Positions 40,901-49,943 are shown, numbered from the stretch's first letter. The stretch: DNA of 64,000 nt from a virus (IMGVR_UViG_3300042691_038651:36843-100842); one strand, 5' to 3'. Translations and numbers: made by a program. Notes: a model not told the origin generated them from the sequence alone.

Positions 40901-41866
40901 ATTGGCAAGACATTGGCTAGCCGAGACGTAATCTCTTTCCGTTACATCATCGATACATTCAATGGAGGTATCGCTCCACAGATGGGACCTAAATCAATCT
41001 TGTCAAGATTGGCTAAGAACCGTCAGAAATGTATGGCGCTTCTTAACGCTCCATCAATCAAGCAGTTTATCGACAGCACAGATCCACGATTCACTGAACT
41101 CCCTGATCCAAATGCAGGTAACCCGAAACCAGTACTTAACACTGCGTATATTGCAACTGGTGGTAACCTAAGCCTTGGACCAAGCTTTACATTCTCTCTT
41201 CCTGACGAAGAGAACGGTGCAAAGTTCATCGGGGTATTCTCACCAAACATCTTGCTTCGCGAAAACAACAAGAACATCAGCGTTCCACCTGCTGCTGACG
41301 TATCGAACAACTTCGTTCGTAAGTTCATCAACGGTCAGCCTTATGCTATCGTTGCAGGTCCTCGCCGAGGTGTTATCTCCAATCCTAAATATGCTGGTTT
41401 GGAATACGAATTCTTGTTAGCTGACCGCGAACAACTCGAACCTTTTGGTATCAACCCAATCGTAACTGTGAAAGGCATCGGTCCTATGATCTTTGCTAAC
41501 CAAACCGCTTATCAAAGAACGCTGTCCGCATTCAACAACCTACACGTTAGAGATCTACTCATTACTGTGGAAGAAGCTGTTGAAGACGTACTTGCTCAAT
41601 ACCTCTTCGAATTCAACGACGCATCAACTCGTCTTGAAATTCGTACAATCGTTGAGAACTATCTTGACACTGTAAGAAATGCTGGTGGTGTATATGATTA
41701 CGCTGTAATCATGGATGAAACCAACAACACACCTGCAATCATCGACCAGAACTTTGGTATCCTTGACATCGGTATCGAACCTGCTCGTGGTCTACAGAAG
41801 TTCATCAACCGTGTAACTATCCTGAAGACAGGCACAATTAGTTCCGGAGGGTTCAGCGCAGCGTAA
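37970..41866 (+). CDS. Contractile tail sheath protein (gp18-like), 1298 aa
   Basis: SGVYTIEFD, GP.NAP, AGPRRG, INPI, FEFND, DETNNTP..ID.N. Confidence 0.93.
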   Translation: MAKITLDLNTFKASGVYTIEFDASERIVVTTQTIRLVVGFSRIGPINAPVFLRDVNTCRRIFGEIDTYLEKRGSFFHRALETCLSVGPVFALNLMPLKSTPINEGGDATNYRSFALAADEENGPVTRALVTSFYNKERFWFPDTEYVIATQNSKPINRDYLFTVVNLSQAPLSVIARKSVNARQYEVSAKDYYGLGNVPEFMNDNDFLSDFFLDLIVVEGDWTNLAVLSQDPTFSKYFDARGIRADKIDAFLSLDEITLIGAFTGTIIPDFVDNNGSNQNLENIVNAAVGLTGIFIAINNDKIEDYANSVHKIDTIGNTLIGTTDDTIDFLSYNTPIKNILEYTGETDLNTGSADLTVYTNMIASTSDIYVKSYPFGGRSGKFNNVLVIPKPQPGDVNFLPTEYQQILDSATVDTLLKTYGTNTFLTEQPNDFVKVENVIDTGTELQIQLSSPLNAVNGYFNTVVGTGVASAIPTVANTFPITIATGIVDDAGNPVVPAAPAAGVSVDFVLIEAPGYAKYFRVLSTTATTIVVYGGGTAVAGIDNAAPYNFSAWGDLNGFTAADFAAYVQPSDIKITLFKGDLNTATAQANYLVPNLGVTLPANTFGDSMTFAFDPTVTVQSLEGIGNTFADTALATTTAPDSVEVTIYDVTAGALLPGSYWIGSSTPATAISYGGVAGARNATVSFAYDNAGSLDPVASLVATQTYNITLVQSGVTFTGVASSAAAIISIDILELAYIEAYPGSKISQNVANGLLVSGDQVKYATGASQYSYLGVIKEYSKAATTGTVSAYSQVAYGLKGAKISEFTTASLDTRVSSTFASVNQTYIDTTVYNPSATTNDVAVYSSLAKNLASNIAIVGTLFGGGKKFELSNANAANLNVGDLVVDNSPTPKLTRVVNKVKKVNASTGVVTYEYTVLDVPAVNTVTNTITKYTPIQNFCDRLQFTLLNGYVLGDYHLPNNTDAQISKIYGVIENTNIGKTLASRDVISFRYIIDTFNGGIAPQMGPKSILSRLAKNRQKCMALLNAPSIKQFIDSTDPRFTELPDPNAGNPKPVLNTAYIATGGNLSLGPSFTFSLPDEENGAKFIGVFSPNILLRENNKNISVPPAADVSNNFVRKFINGQPYAIVAGPRRGVISNPKYAGLEYEFLLADREQLEPFGINPIVTVKGIGPMIFANQTAYQRTLSAFNNLHVRDLLITVEEAVEDVLAQYLFEFNDASTRLEIRTIVENYLDTVRNAGGVYDYAVIMDETNNTPAIIDQNFGILDIGIEPARGLQKFINRVTILKTGTISSGGFSAA

Positions 41867-41906
41867 ATAAATAAGAAAAGCAAAGAAAAAATAAAAGCAT
41901 AAAGCA

Positions 41907-42464
41907 ATGGCAGGACTACCGCATTATAGAAATTCGCAAGCCGCGATGGCTAAGTATGAGCCACTCTACTTATCCCAATTCGAGGTGCTTCTTACTCCGC
42001 CGCCTGCTGTAGGTGGTTGGGACCTGGTAATGGAGCAAGTATTGAAAGTGGACGGCGTTGACATCAACAAAATGCCAGCTGTTGTTGAACAAAAATACAA
42101 ATCAGCTAAACGTTCGTTTGCTGGTGGTATGAATGACAACACCACAGTTGATATTACACTTGATTTCGAGGTTAACTTGGACGACAACAATTCCGCATAC
42201 GTTTACAAAGCGTTGCGTAAGTGGTGCGACCTAATCTACGATCCACTCACAGGACGTATGGGTCTGAAAAGAGACTACACTGGTGGACCAATGATCATCA
42301 ACTACTTTAACAAGGCAGGTGATATCTACCGTCAAGTACGTTTTGCTTCAGTATTCCCTACTACTCCTCTACCGAAGATTGATTCTGACTTCAACAACAA
42401 CGATGTATATCGTTTAGCTGGATTCACACTTCGCGCAGACTACTGGGAAGAAACAATTCTCTAA
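41907..42464 (+). CDS. Tail tube protein (gp19-like)
   Basis: Follows sheath; W.DLIYDP.TG, DY, FP, D.W motifs. Confidence 0.85.
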   Translation: MAGLPHYRNSQAAMAKYEPLYLSQFEVLLTPPPAVGGWDLVMEQVLKVDGVDINKMPAVVEQKYKSAKRSFAGGMNDNTTVDITLDFEVNLDDNNSAYVYKALRKWCDLIYDPLTGRMGLKRDYTGGPMIINYFNKAGDIYRQVRFASVFPTTPLPKIDSDFNNNDVYRLAGFTLRADYWEETIL

Positions 42465-42492
42465 ACCCCTATTTGATCGCAGTATCAGATAC

Positions 42493-42523
42493 AAGAGGAA
42501 ACTGAAAAGTTTCCTCTTTTTTT
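42493..42523 (+). terminator. Intrinsic terminator
   Basis: AAGAGGAAACT-GAAA-AGTTTCCTCTT plus T run. Confidence 0.9.
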
Positions 42524-42533
42524 GTCAAAAATG

Positions 42534-42561
42534 TGAAACTTTTTCTTCCTTGGTTATATAA
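42534..42561 (+). promoter_or_regulatory. Class 2 promoter
   Basis: TGAAAC-N16-ATATAA. Confidence 0.7.
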
Positions 42562-42588
42562 GATAACAAATCTAAAAATAGCACATAT

Positions 42589-43545
42589 ATGAGCGAAGAA
42601 AATAAAAACTCAGTCGAGGACGAAGCACGTCGTCTAGTCGAGCAAGCAGAAGGAACTCCTTTACAAACAGAGGAAGTTGCAATCAAATCTTTGGGTAAGG
42701 CTCAAAAATTCCAGGTATCTGAAGAGAGCCCGTTGGCTGCAGACATCGGCTGGAAAAACCTACCCGTTCAAAATTTACCATCGCAAGGTTTATTCTACCC
42801 CGATGGAACCGAAATTGCAATTCGTGCTGCCTCAGTGGCTGAGATTCGTCACTGGTCAACAATTGATGAAAATGATGCGTTAGGCGTAGATGATATGCTT
42901 AACTTTATTGTTGAAAAATGTTGCCGTGTAAGAATGGGTGGAAGACCTGCAAACTACAAAGATTTGAAAGAGGTAGATCGTTTCTACATCATCTTTGCAA
43001 TTCGCGACTTTACATTCAAAAACGGTGAAAACAAGCTGTTCACATACATTGAAAGCGAGGAAGGTAAAGAGGAAAAAATTGAAATTACCAAAGATGTATT
43101 GAGTTACTTCAACCCAGATGAAAAACTGATGAAGTACTACAACTCTGATATGAAATGCTTTGTATTTCCTATGAAGAGCGGCGAAGTATTTGAATGTCAC
43201 TTCCCTACCTTGGGTGTTATGGCATTTATTAAGGCATACGCAAAAGCCAAAGCTCAGAGAAACCAAAACTTTGACAAAGCGTTTTTGAAATATGCACCAT
43301 TCATCATCTCAGAATGGAAAGGACTTACTGACCGCGAATATGACCGTGTATCTCAGGAATCCTTAACCTGGTCAATCCAGAAAATTTCATTGATGGATAA
43401 AGTAACCACCATGTTGGCTGGTTCGATCAATCCTCAAGTACGTTACATAAATGCAAGTGGTGAGGAGGACGCTGTGGCGCTTTCCTTTCGGGGAGGGGTT
43501 AAGTCTCTTTTCCTTATTCCAGATATCCTTGACGAATTGGTGTGA
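42589..43545 (+). CDS. Baseplate hub/tail assembly chaperone (gp26-like)
   Basis: LPSQG.FY, I.IRA..V.E, DL...DR.YI..AIR; lies between tube and tape measure. Confidence 0.7.
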   Translation: MSEENKNSVEDEARRLVEQAEGTPLQTEEVAIKSLGKAQKFQVSEESPLAADIGWKNLPVQNLPSQGLFYPDGTEIAIRAASVAEIRHWSTIDENDALGVDDMLNFIVEKCCRVRMGGRPANYKDLKEVDRFYIIFAIRDFTFKNGENKLFTYIESEEGKEEKIEITKDVLSYFNPDEKLMKYYNSDMKCFVFPMKSGEVFECHFPTLGVMAFIKAYAKAKAQRNQNFDKAFLKYAPFIISEWKGLTDREYDRVSQESLTWSIQKISLMDKVTTMLAGSINPQVRYINASGEEDAVALSFRGGVKSLFLIPDILDELV

Positions 43546-43798
43546 GATTGAGTACTATCTGCTAAAAATGCTCAAGCTTCAACCTAGTGAGTTGGATCGG
43601 ATGGATTTTTGGAGAGCAGAAATGCTAGTTGAAATCCATAAAGAAAAGACGGAAGAGGAAAACCGCAAACGCAAAAAACAGGAAGACCAACAGAGCGCTG
43701 GAATGCCAAACATGAATTCTATGTTAGCACAACAGCAGAATATGTTCAAGGGTCTGGGTGGAAACACACCAAGCCTAAATATACCAAAGTTCGGTTAA
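43451..43798 (+). CDS. gp51-like/gpT-like chaperone extension (+1 frame; start uncertain)
   Basis: L.L.PSELDRM.FWR.E.L motif; overlaps the upstream gene. Confidence 0.6.
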   Translation: MQVVRRTLWRFPFGEGLSLFSLFQISLTNWCEIEYYLLKMLKLQPSELDRMDFWRAEMLVEIHKEKTEEENRKRKKQEDQQSAGMPNMNSMLAQQQNMFKGLGGNTPSLNIPKFG

Positions 43799-43813
43799 AT
43801 TCTGATAGAAATC

Positions 43814-43841
43814 AAAGAGGAACTTCGGTTCCTCTTTTTTT
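43814..43841 (+). terminator. Intrinsic terminator
   Basis: AAAGAGGAAC-TTCG-GTTCCTCTTT plus T run. Confidence 0.9.
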
Positions 43842-43850
43842 GTGCATACA

Positions 43851-43859
43851 GATATATAG
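43851..43859 (+). promoter_or_regulatory. Class 3 (late) promoter
   Basis: GATATATAG. Confidence 0.7.
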
Positions 43860-43883
43860 TAAAAGAAAGTCTCCCTACATTAA

Positions 43884-46800
43884 ATGGCTGCAAAAGATAC
43901 ACAACTTCTTGGTGAAATTCTCAGCGTTCAGAAAGCAATTCTGAACAAAATGAGTGAGCAAGACAAGAAGGATAAAGAAAAGGAGAAGAAGAGCGCGAAG
44001 GTTGAAGAAGCCAAAGTAGAGGCCCAAGGCTTTGGGGCAATGATAAAAGAGCTACAGACTCTAAATAAGACTGCTAACCAACAATTAGAAGAACTTAAAG
44101 GAATTCGTGAGGCTGTAGGTGGAATGGGTTCTAGTAAAGGTGGAAGCCTAAATTCTCTCGGAAGCGCAGAAAACACAGGAGAAAAACTTTCAAGCCTTGG
44201 AGCCGGCATGGTATCCCTGGCTATTGGTATCTTGGCTCTTGTTGGTGGTATGGCAGCTCTTGCCCTTGTTTCCGTAATTGCACCTATGGCTGCAATTGGT
44301 GCTGTTAGCGTTGGGCTAATTGTGTATGGGTTCTATAGGTTGTTCCAGAAAGTAGGAGACCCAGAGACCAAGGAACAGGTTGATGACGGGCTTCGAAATC
44401 TATTTAGAATGGCTGGCGGTATTGCAGTCTTTACATTAGCGGTTGTAGCATCTACTCTTGCTATGGAATCTGTTGGTGGAGGTGCAATCGTTAAAAACCT
44501 AGTACTTGCCTTGATAGGCTTTGGTGGCGTTTTCTATCTACTTGGTAAAGGCGGAGAAAGCATAAAGGAAGGCGCGTATGCGGCAGCGGCTATGGGATTT
44601 GGTCTAGCTGTGCTAGGCCTTGGCGTACTTGCTATGGTATGGTCTCTTAAACAAGCCGGAGAACTTCTTGGTGGAGGTGGAGGCGCGGCTGTCGCTATAG
44701 GCGGCCTTGCTGCACTTGCCATAGTCGCAGTTGCGGGTGTGACATTCTACATATTAGGACAGGTTGCCAGAGAAGTTGCGATGGGTTCTCTTGCTGCAGC
44801 AGCAATAGGACTTGGTCTCGCAGCGTTTGGACTTGGTTTGACCGTCTACCTTTCTGGGATTGCAAAAATCATGGGAGTTGGCGGCGAGGGTGTTGCAGGC
44901 GGAACCAAAATATCTGGAGGCTTCTTCGATACTCTTGGATCTATGTTGGTTGGCCTTGGTATTATTGCAACAGGCGCCATAACTCTCATGCTCTATGGAT
45001 CTATATTTGCGATAGCAGGACTCTTTGAATTAGGAGTACCCTTAATGATTATGGCAGGTGCTGCGGCTTTTGCAACTGCCGGACTCGGGCTTTTATTCTT
45101 TGGTCTAGGCTTAGACTTCTATTTAGGCGTCATTCAGAAAAACATTGGTGTTAGCAGCACCAAGTCCGAGGGTATGAAAATATCCGGAGAAAGCTTTACT
45201 GCAGGTTTAGTCACAATGGGCGGTGCTGTGGGAATGCTCTTTACTATAGGTGGTATCATGGCCCTAGCAGGTCTTGTATCTCCACTAATCTTATTGGGTT
45301 CTGGTGCAATTGCGGCTTCTGGTTTAGCGCTAGCATCTCTTGGTTATGGAATTAAAACCTACATGGAACAGGCTGGTGGAGAAGAGGTTGGTGATGAACT
45401 AAAAACCAACCTTGCTAAAATTCGCGATGCATTCCTTACATTTGTAGGTGAAGAAGATCTTGGTAAGGCTGGCGTATTTGACAGTCTTAAAGGGTTGATT
45501 CGTGGTGGTGCAACCGCCGGAACGCTCGCTGCCGGTATTAGCGCAGCGACTCTAATTGGTCCTGCGCTATCATCAATAGCTCAAGGTCTCGGTACATGGG
45601 CAAACATAACTCAGGCACCCAAGATTATTGGATACGATGATATGGGTCAGCCAATCTTTGATAAGAAAGAGACTGTAGATTTGACTGCGGCGATGAGCAA
45701 TATCACGGATTCGTTTCCCAAGATTCTGCAACCTTTCATTGACCTATCAAACACCGCAAACCTAGAACAGAAGGACAGCATACTCTCCATACTTACCGGA
45801 GTCAACCTATCAGAGTCTCCATTTTCTCGAGGCGTTCAAATTGCTGGTCAAATCGGACCAGTGCTCTCATCGCTAGCTCAAGGTATTGGTGCATTTGGTA
45901 GTCTTACACAAGCACCAAAGATCACAGGCTATAATGAGATGGGTCAGCCTATCTATGACAAGGGAGATACTGTAAACATACTTGAGAGCATAACTAATAT
46001 AAGCACGGCGGTGCAAGAGGTTCTCAAGCCGTTTGTGTGGTTATCCAAAAATGCAAATCTGGAACAGGGTCAAAACCTCTTAAGCATTCTAACCGGGATC
46101 CAGCTCACAGAATCTCCCTTTTCTCGAGGTGTTCAAGTTGCTGGACAGATTGGCGCAGTTTTGTCATCGATGGCTCAGGGCATTGGCGCATTTGCTAATC
46201 TTGCGCAAGCACCTAAATTTACTGGGTATGATGACAAAGGTCAGCCAATATACGACGACTCAAAGGTTGTTGATATACTTGCCAGTATTGACAACGTCAA
46301 GGTTGCAATTGAAGAGGTACTTAAGCCTTTTATCGATCTCGCCAACAATGCTGCTCTAAAACAGGAAGAAAACCTTCTCTCAATTTTGACCGGCATACAC
46401 CTAAATGAATCTCCGTTTGCACGAGGTGTTGGGATCGTAGGACAGATGGGTGCTGTACTATCTAACCTGGCAGGTGGGATTGGTGTATTTGCCAATCTTT
46501 CACAGATGCCAAAGATTACTGGTTACGATGAGATGGGTCAACCTATCTTCTCAACATCAGAAACATTCGATGTCATTAGTGGAATACAGAGTTTAGTAGA
46601 TGTATTAGATCCATACGGCGATTCCAGTATTGTTGCTCCATTTATCAGCCTGGCAGAAACCGCTGCAATGACCAAACCAAAATCATTGCTTGGTTGGGTC
46701 AGTGAAGCTCTAACAGGCGTAAACCCAGCGGCATCTCCTCTTGAGACCGGTATTACTCTTGGTATGCAAATGGGAGAAATCATTTCTAATATTGCATCAG

Positions 46801-48326
46801 GAATGGGTCAGATGGGTAATCTGGCTGCGGTTGCTGTTATTACTGGTTACGATCAAAATGGTAGACCGACCTATGGAAAACCCGTGAATGCTCTAGAGTC
46901 TGTAAAGAACTTTGGTAAGATCATGGGAGACCTTATCATCGCTTTTGCTAAAGCAGCTCGTGAAGCGGGTCCTTACGCAGATCCTGAAGAACTACAGGCA
47001 ATTGGACCTACTGTCGGTGGAATCCTTGGAGCGGTAACAGACTCTCTCGATACATTCTCTAATCCAAACAAGCTCAAGAAGATTAAAGGCTATGATGACA
47101 AAGGCCGACCAATCTACTATGAGAATGAGTTTGTAAACGTAGATGAAGTAATTAGCACCATGAATAATGTGGTTCTGAAAATCATCAAGGCTTTTGGTAC
47201 CGAGGAAGTAGAAGACGCAATGGACAACCTCGACATTGACGAGGACGAAATGATTGGAGATTACCTGGCAATGTTTATGAAGCCGATTAGTGGCTTTGCA
47301 AAAATTGTAGGTGAACTAAGCGGACTTGGCATAAACCTCTATGGACTCACAGACCAGATCATCTATTCATCTCTTACATTCGTTAAGAAGTTTGGGGATC
47401 TTGATTATGATGCCTTAGACAATCTAGAAACTACAGGAGAATACCTTTACGACTTTAGCGACAACATCATAGAAGCGTTTGAGAATTTGGCAGAATTTGA
47501 CCAAACAAATCCTGGGTTCTTTACCACTGAAACAAACCTAAAAGGCAGCGCTTTAATGGGCGTTGCCGATAACATTTCATACAGCGTCAAAACGCTATCT
47601 GCTGCGTTTGCTCCTGACAGCACAATGCCACAACTTGCTGAGGCAGAAAGAGGTTCTCTGATTGTTCACGATATTCTTGAGAACATGAAGAAGTTCCCTG
47701 CCTATATGAAGAATTTTACCAATGCAAAACCTAATGAGTTTGGTGATGGGGCAAAGGCTGCATTTGATGGATTGTTTGTTATCACAAAAGTGGCAGAAAA
47801 AGGAGAAGGCAAAGGATATACGCATATGAAGCTGTTCACTGACCAAATGAACCGCTTAGCAAACGCCGCTACACCATTTGAAAAATTTGCCAACGCTTTT
47901 GGTAAAATGGCAAAAGACATGGGAGTGTTTGCTGAAAACTTCAGCCTCATGGATGAGAACGGTATCATGGCTTTCAAAGAATGGACCGACTCTATCGTAA
48001 CGCTAAGTACAGCAAATCCCGATACCTTTGCAGCAAACGTGGTTACTGCCAATAAAGCTATTGATGCTGGATTTAATGCTGGTGAAGACGAAGGCCTTGT
48101 TGACACAATCGTTAACACATTTACTGGGGACGACAAATCCAAAGGCGAAAAGCAGGATATCATTAACAAAAATACGGGGCCTGCTAAAGGAGGAGACAAT
48201 ACACCTGCCAAGGCTGTTAAGATGCCAACCGCTCAAGAAATTGGAGCTGCTGTTGCAAGCGCTCTAAAAGGAGCTACCATCGATGTATACATCAGTGGTA
48301 AGAAACAAGGCCTTAAACTAAGTTGA
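43884..48326 (+). CDS. Tape measure protein
   Basis: 1480 aa, Ala/Gly-rich hydrophobic helices, 99-aa repeats, canonical position. Confidence 0.8.
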   Translation: MAAKDTQLLGEILSVQKAILNKMSEQDKKDKEKEKKSAKVEEAKVEAQGFGAMIKELQTLNKTANQQLEELKGIREAVGGMGSSKGGSLNSLGSAENTGEKLSSLGAGMVSLAIGILALVGGMAALALVSVIAPMAAIGAVSVGLIVYGFYRLFQKVGDPETKEQVDDGLRNLFRMAGGIAVFTLAVVASTLAMESVGGGAIVKNLVLALIGFGGVFYLLGKGGESIKEGAYAAAAMGFGLAVLGLGVLAMVWSLKQAGELLGGGGGAAVAIGGLAALAIVAVAGVTFYILGQVAREVAMGSLAAAAIGLGLAAFGLGLTVYLSGIAKIMGVGGEGVAGGTKISGGFFDTLGSMLVGLGIIATGAITLMLYGSIFAIAGLFELGVPLMIMAGAAAFATAGLGLLFFGLGLDFYLGVIQKNIGVSSTKSEGMKISGESFTAGLVTMGGAVGMLFTIGGIMALAGLVSPLILLGSGAIAASGLALASLGYGIKTYMEQAGGEEVGDELKTNLAKIRDAFLTFVGEEDLGKAGVFDSLKGLIRGGATAGTLAAGISAATLIGPALSSIAQGLGTWANITQAPKIIGYDDMGQPIFDKKETVDLTAAMSNITDSFPKILQPFIDLSNTANLEQKDSILSILTGVNLSESPFSRGVQIAGQIGPVLSSLAQGIGAFGSLTQAPKITGYNEMGQPIYDKGDTVNILESITNISTAVQEVLKPFVWLSKNANLEQGQNLLSILTGIQLTESPFSRGVQVAGQIGAVLSSMAQGIGAFANLAQAPKFTGYDDKGQPIYDDSKVVDILASIDNVKVAIEEVLKPFIDLANNAALKQEENLLSILTGIHLNESPFARGVGIVGQMGAVLSNLAGGIGVFANLSQMPKITGYDEMGQPIFSTSETFDVISGIQSLVDVLDPYGDSSIVAPFISLAETAAMTKPKSLLGWVSEALTGVNPAASPLETGITLGMQMGEIISNIASGMGQMGNLAAVAVITGYDQNGRPTYGKPVNALESVKNFGKIMGDLIIAFAKAAREAGPYADPEELQAIGPTVGGILGAVTDSLDTFSNPNKLKKIKGYDDKGRPIYYENEFVNVDEVISTMNNVVLKIIKAFGTEEVEDAMDNLDIDEDEMIGDYLAMFMKPISGFAKIVGELSGLGINLYGLTDQIIYSSLTFVKKFGDLDYDALDNLETTGEYLYDFSDNIIEAFENLAEFDQTNPGFFTTETNLKGSALMGVADNISYSVKTLSAAFAPDSTMPQLAEAERGSLIVHDILENMKKFPAYMKNFTNAKPNEFGDGAKAAFDGLFVITKVAEKGEGKGYTHMKLFTDQMNRLANAATPFEKFANAFGKMAKDMGVFAENFSLMDENGIMAFKEWTDSIVTLSTANPDTFAANVVTANKAIDAGFNAGEDEGLVDTIVNTFTGDDKSKGEKQDIINKNTGPAKGGDNTPAKAVKMPTAQEIGAAVASALKGATIDVYISGKKQGLKLS
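45630..47120 (+). repeat. Six GY(D/N)xxG(Q/R)P-containing repeats in the tape measure protein
   Basis: Motif at 45630, 45927, 46224, 46521 (297 bp period), 46845 and 47088. Confidence 0.9.
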
Positions 48327-48333
48327 TATATAG
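48325..48333 (+). promoter_or_regulatory. Class 3 (late) promoter
   Basis: GATATATAG overlapping the tape measure stop. Confidence 0.7.
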
Positions 48334-48339
48334 ATTGAT

Positions 48340-48657
48340 ATGGCACGATTTTCTACATTCAAAGACTGGAAGTCTGGTAAGCAGATTTCAGTAGTAAAAG
48401 AGGAAAAGGGCGACGGTAAAGAACCGGCCGTTCCTGGCAACTCTGAGCTGTTGGCTCTTATTGAAGAACTTTCAGTAAAAAGAAACGAGGCCTCCCGAGC
48501 AAATGACGGACTTGGTCGACAGATGTATGACCTAGATATACGCATAGCCAAATTGGAAATGCAAAAGAATGAGCTGATTGCAAAGCGCAAAGAATTGGAA
48601 GGAGCAAAAGCAATTTCTGAAACTCGCAAAAGAGCACCAAGAGCAAACCATGATTAA
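48340..48657 (+). CDS. Late coiled-coil protein with targeting-like N-terminus
   Basis: MARFSTFKDW. Confidence 0.6.
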   Translation: MARFSTFKDWKSGKQISVVKEEKGDGKEPAVPGNSELLALIEELSVKRNEASRANDGLGRQMYDLDIRIAKLEMQKNELIAKRKELEGAKAISETRKRAPRANHD

Positions 48658-48859
48658 CGAAAACAAAAAGAAGCATACTCAAACATTTGAGGATTTTGAT
48701 AAGGCCAACACAGACAATTGGCCACCTCCAAAATACCTAGTGCAACCTGCCAAAGGCGACAAAGGTTTTGCATTAGCCAAGTCATATTTTCATAGAATGA
48801 CTACACACTTCAAGCCAGGCATTAAGGACGCCGACTTGGATCTTCCAGAAGACAAATAG
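48650..48859 (+). CDS. Small late protein
   Basis: MINENKKKHTQTFEDF. Confidence 0.55.
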   Translation: MINENKKKHTQTFEDFDKANTDNWPPPKYLVQPAKGDKGFALAKSYFHRMTTHFKPGIKDADLDLPEDK

Positions 48860-48958
48860 ATTCTGGGCACTTCTAGTGACCTCTTTTCTTTCCCGTAATG
48901 GTTACCATTTACAGAGTAACAAAATTCACTAGATGACACTCTATAAACCCAGTCTATT
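48855..48958. ncRNA. Candidate structured non-coding RNA (long interrupted hairpin)
   Basis: Nested complementary pairs AATAGA/TCTATT, CTGGG/CCCAG, TCTAGTGA/TCACTAGA, GTAATGG/CCATTTAC in a 163 nt gap. Confidence 0.45.
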
Positions 48959-48989
48959 GCACTAGTCCCGCAATTGTTAATTTCTTTTC

Positions 48990-49017
48990 CAAAACCTTTT
49001 ACACAATCCGTATATAA
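48990..49017 (+). promoter_or_regulatory. Class 2 promoter
   Basis: CAAAAC-N16-ATATAA. Confidence 0.65.
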
Positions 49018-49022
49018 GCAAT

Positions 49023-49322
49023 ATGGAAAATAATATGGACGAAATACTGACGGCTTCGCTGAAAGGCCGTCTGAATAGCATGAAAAATCAAAAGCAAAAA
49101 TCCGCACCGATTGCGGAAGTACTTGCGCTACTTACAATGGCAGTTGGCAAATATGCATTGCTAACTCTCTTGGTTTGGTGGGGCTGGGGAACACTGGAAA
49201 CTGCATTTGGAATAACTCCGCTATCCTATTGGCAGATTCTTTCCATTATTGTATGTTTCAGGTCAATTGGCGTTGCCTTAATTGATCCTATCCTAGCTAA
49301 CCTCAAACCAAAGAAAGATTGA
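49023..49322 (+). CDS. Membrane protein
   Basis: Two TM segments, LSYWQ motif. Confidence 0.65.
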   Translation: MENNMDEILTASLKGRLNSMKNQKQKSAPIAEVLALLTMAVGKYALLTLLVWWGWGTLETAFGITPLSYWQILSIIVCFRSIGVALIDPILANLKPKKD

Positions 49323-49888
49323 AGACAAGACTGATACTGGTCGGTAAAGCCGCAGCAGGCAAAGACCACGCAAGAAAGATTTGTGAACAATGGTTAGGCA
49401 TGCCTTACCAGGTTTCATACACCACAAGACCGCCGAGAGACGGTGAGCAGCATGGAAAGGACTACTTTTTCATATCAATGGATGCGGCCATCCATGAATA
49501 CATTGAAAAGGATAAGTTCTATGAGCATGTGGTATTCAATGGTTGGATCTATGGAACCACCAAAGAGCAGTTCTACACCAAAGGCGCAGTATTCATTATG
49601 ACGCCAACTGGACTATCTCATCTATCAGAAGCAGACCGTGAAGAATCGCTGGTTGTATACTTTGACATTGATGAAGAGATTCGCAAAAATCGTATGTATG
49701 AAAGAGCCGGTAACGCAGACTCGGTAGAGCGTAGACTTGCTGCTGACCGTGAAGATTTCAAGGATTTCTCCAACTATGACATACGGATTGACAATCCTAA
49801 ATTCTACATTGCCGATATTGCTGACATTGTTAGAAAGCACATGGCAATTAAGACCGTGGACATGTTAGAAAAATTTTCAGAAAACTAG
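49319..49888 (+). CDS. gmk: Guanylate kinase-like NMP kinase
   Basis: GKAAAGKD, VSYTTRPPRDGE..GKDYFF, YGT. Confidence 0.85.
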   Translation: MKTRLILVGKAAAGKDHARKICEQWLGMPYQVSYTTRPPRDGEQHGKDYFFISMDAAIHEYIEKDKFYEHVVFNGWIYGTTKEQFYTKGAVFIMTPTGLSHLSEADREESLVVYFDIDEEIRKNRMYERAGNADSVERRLAADREDFKDFSNYDIRIDNPKFYIADIADIVRKHMAIKTVDMLEKFSEN

Positions 49889-49913
49889 AACTTTTTTAAA
49901 GTGCCGAATATAA
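49886..49913 (+). promoter_or_regulatory. Class 2 promoter
   Basis: TAGAAC-N16-ATATAA. Confidence 0.65.
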
Positions 49914-49943
49914 ATAACCAACAAAATAAAAAATCTACACAAA

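Noticed and set aside
45630-47120. Diversity-generating retroelement template/variable repeats
   Set aside because: The repeats are in-frame coding duplications without adenine-specific mismatches, and there is no reverse transcriptase in the window
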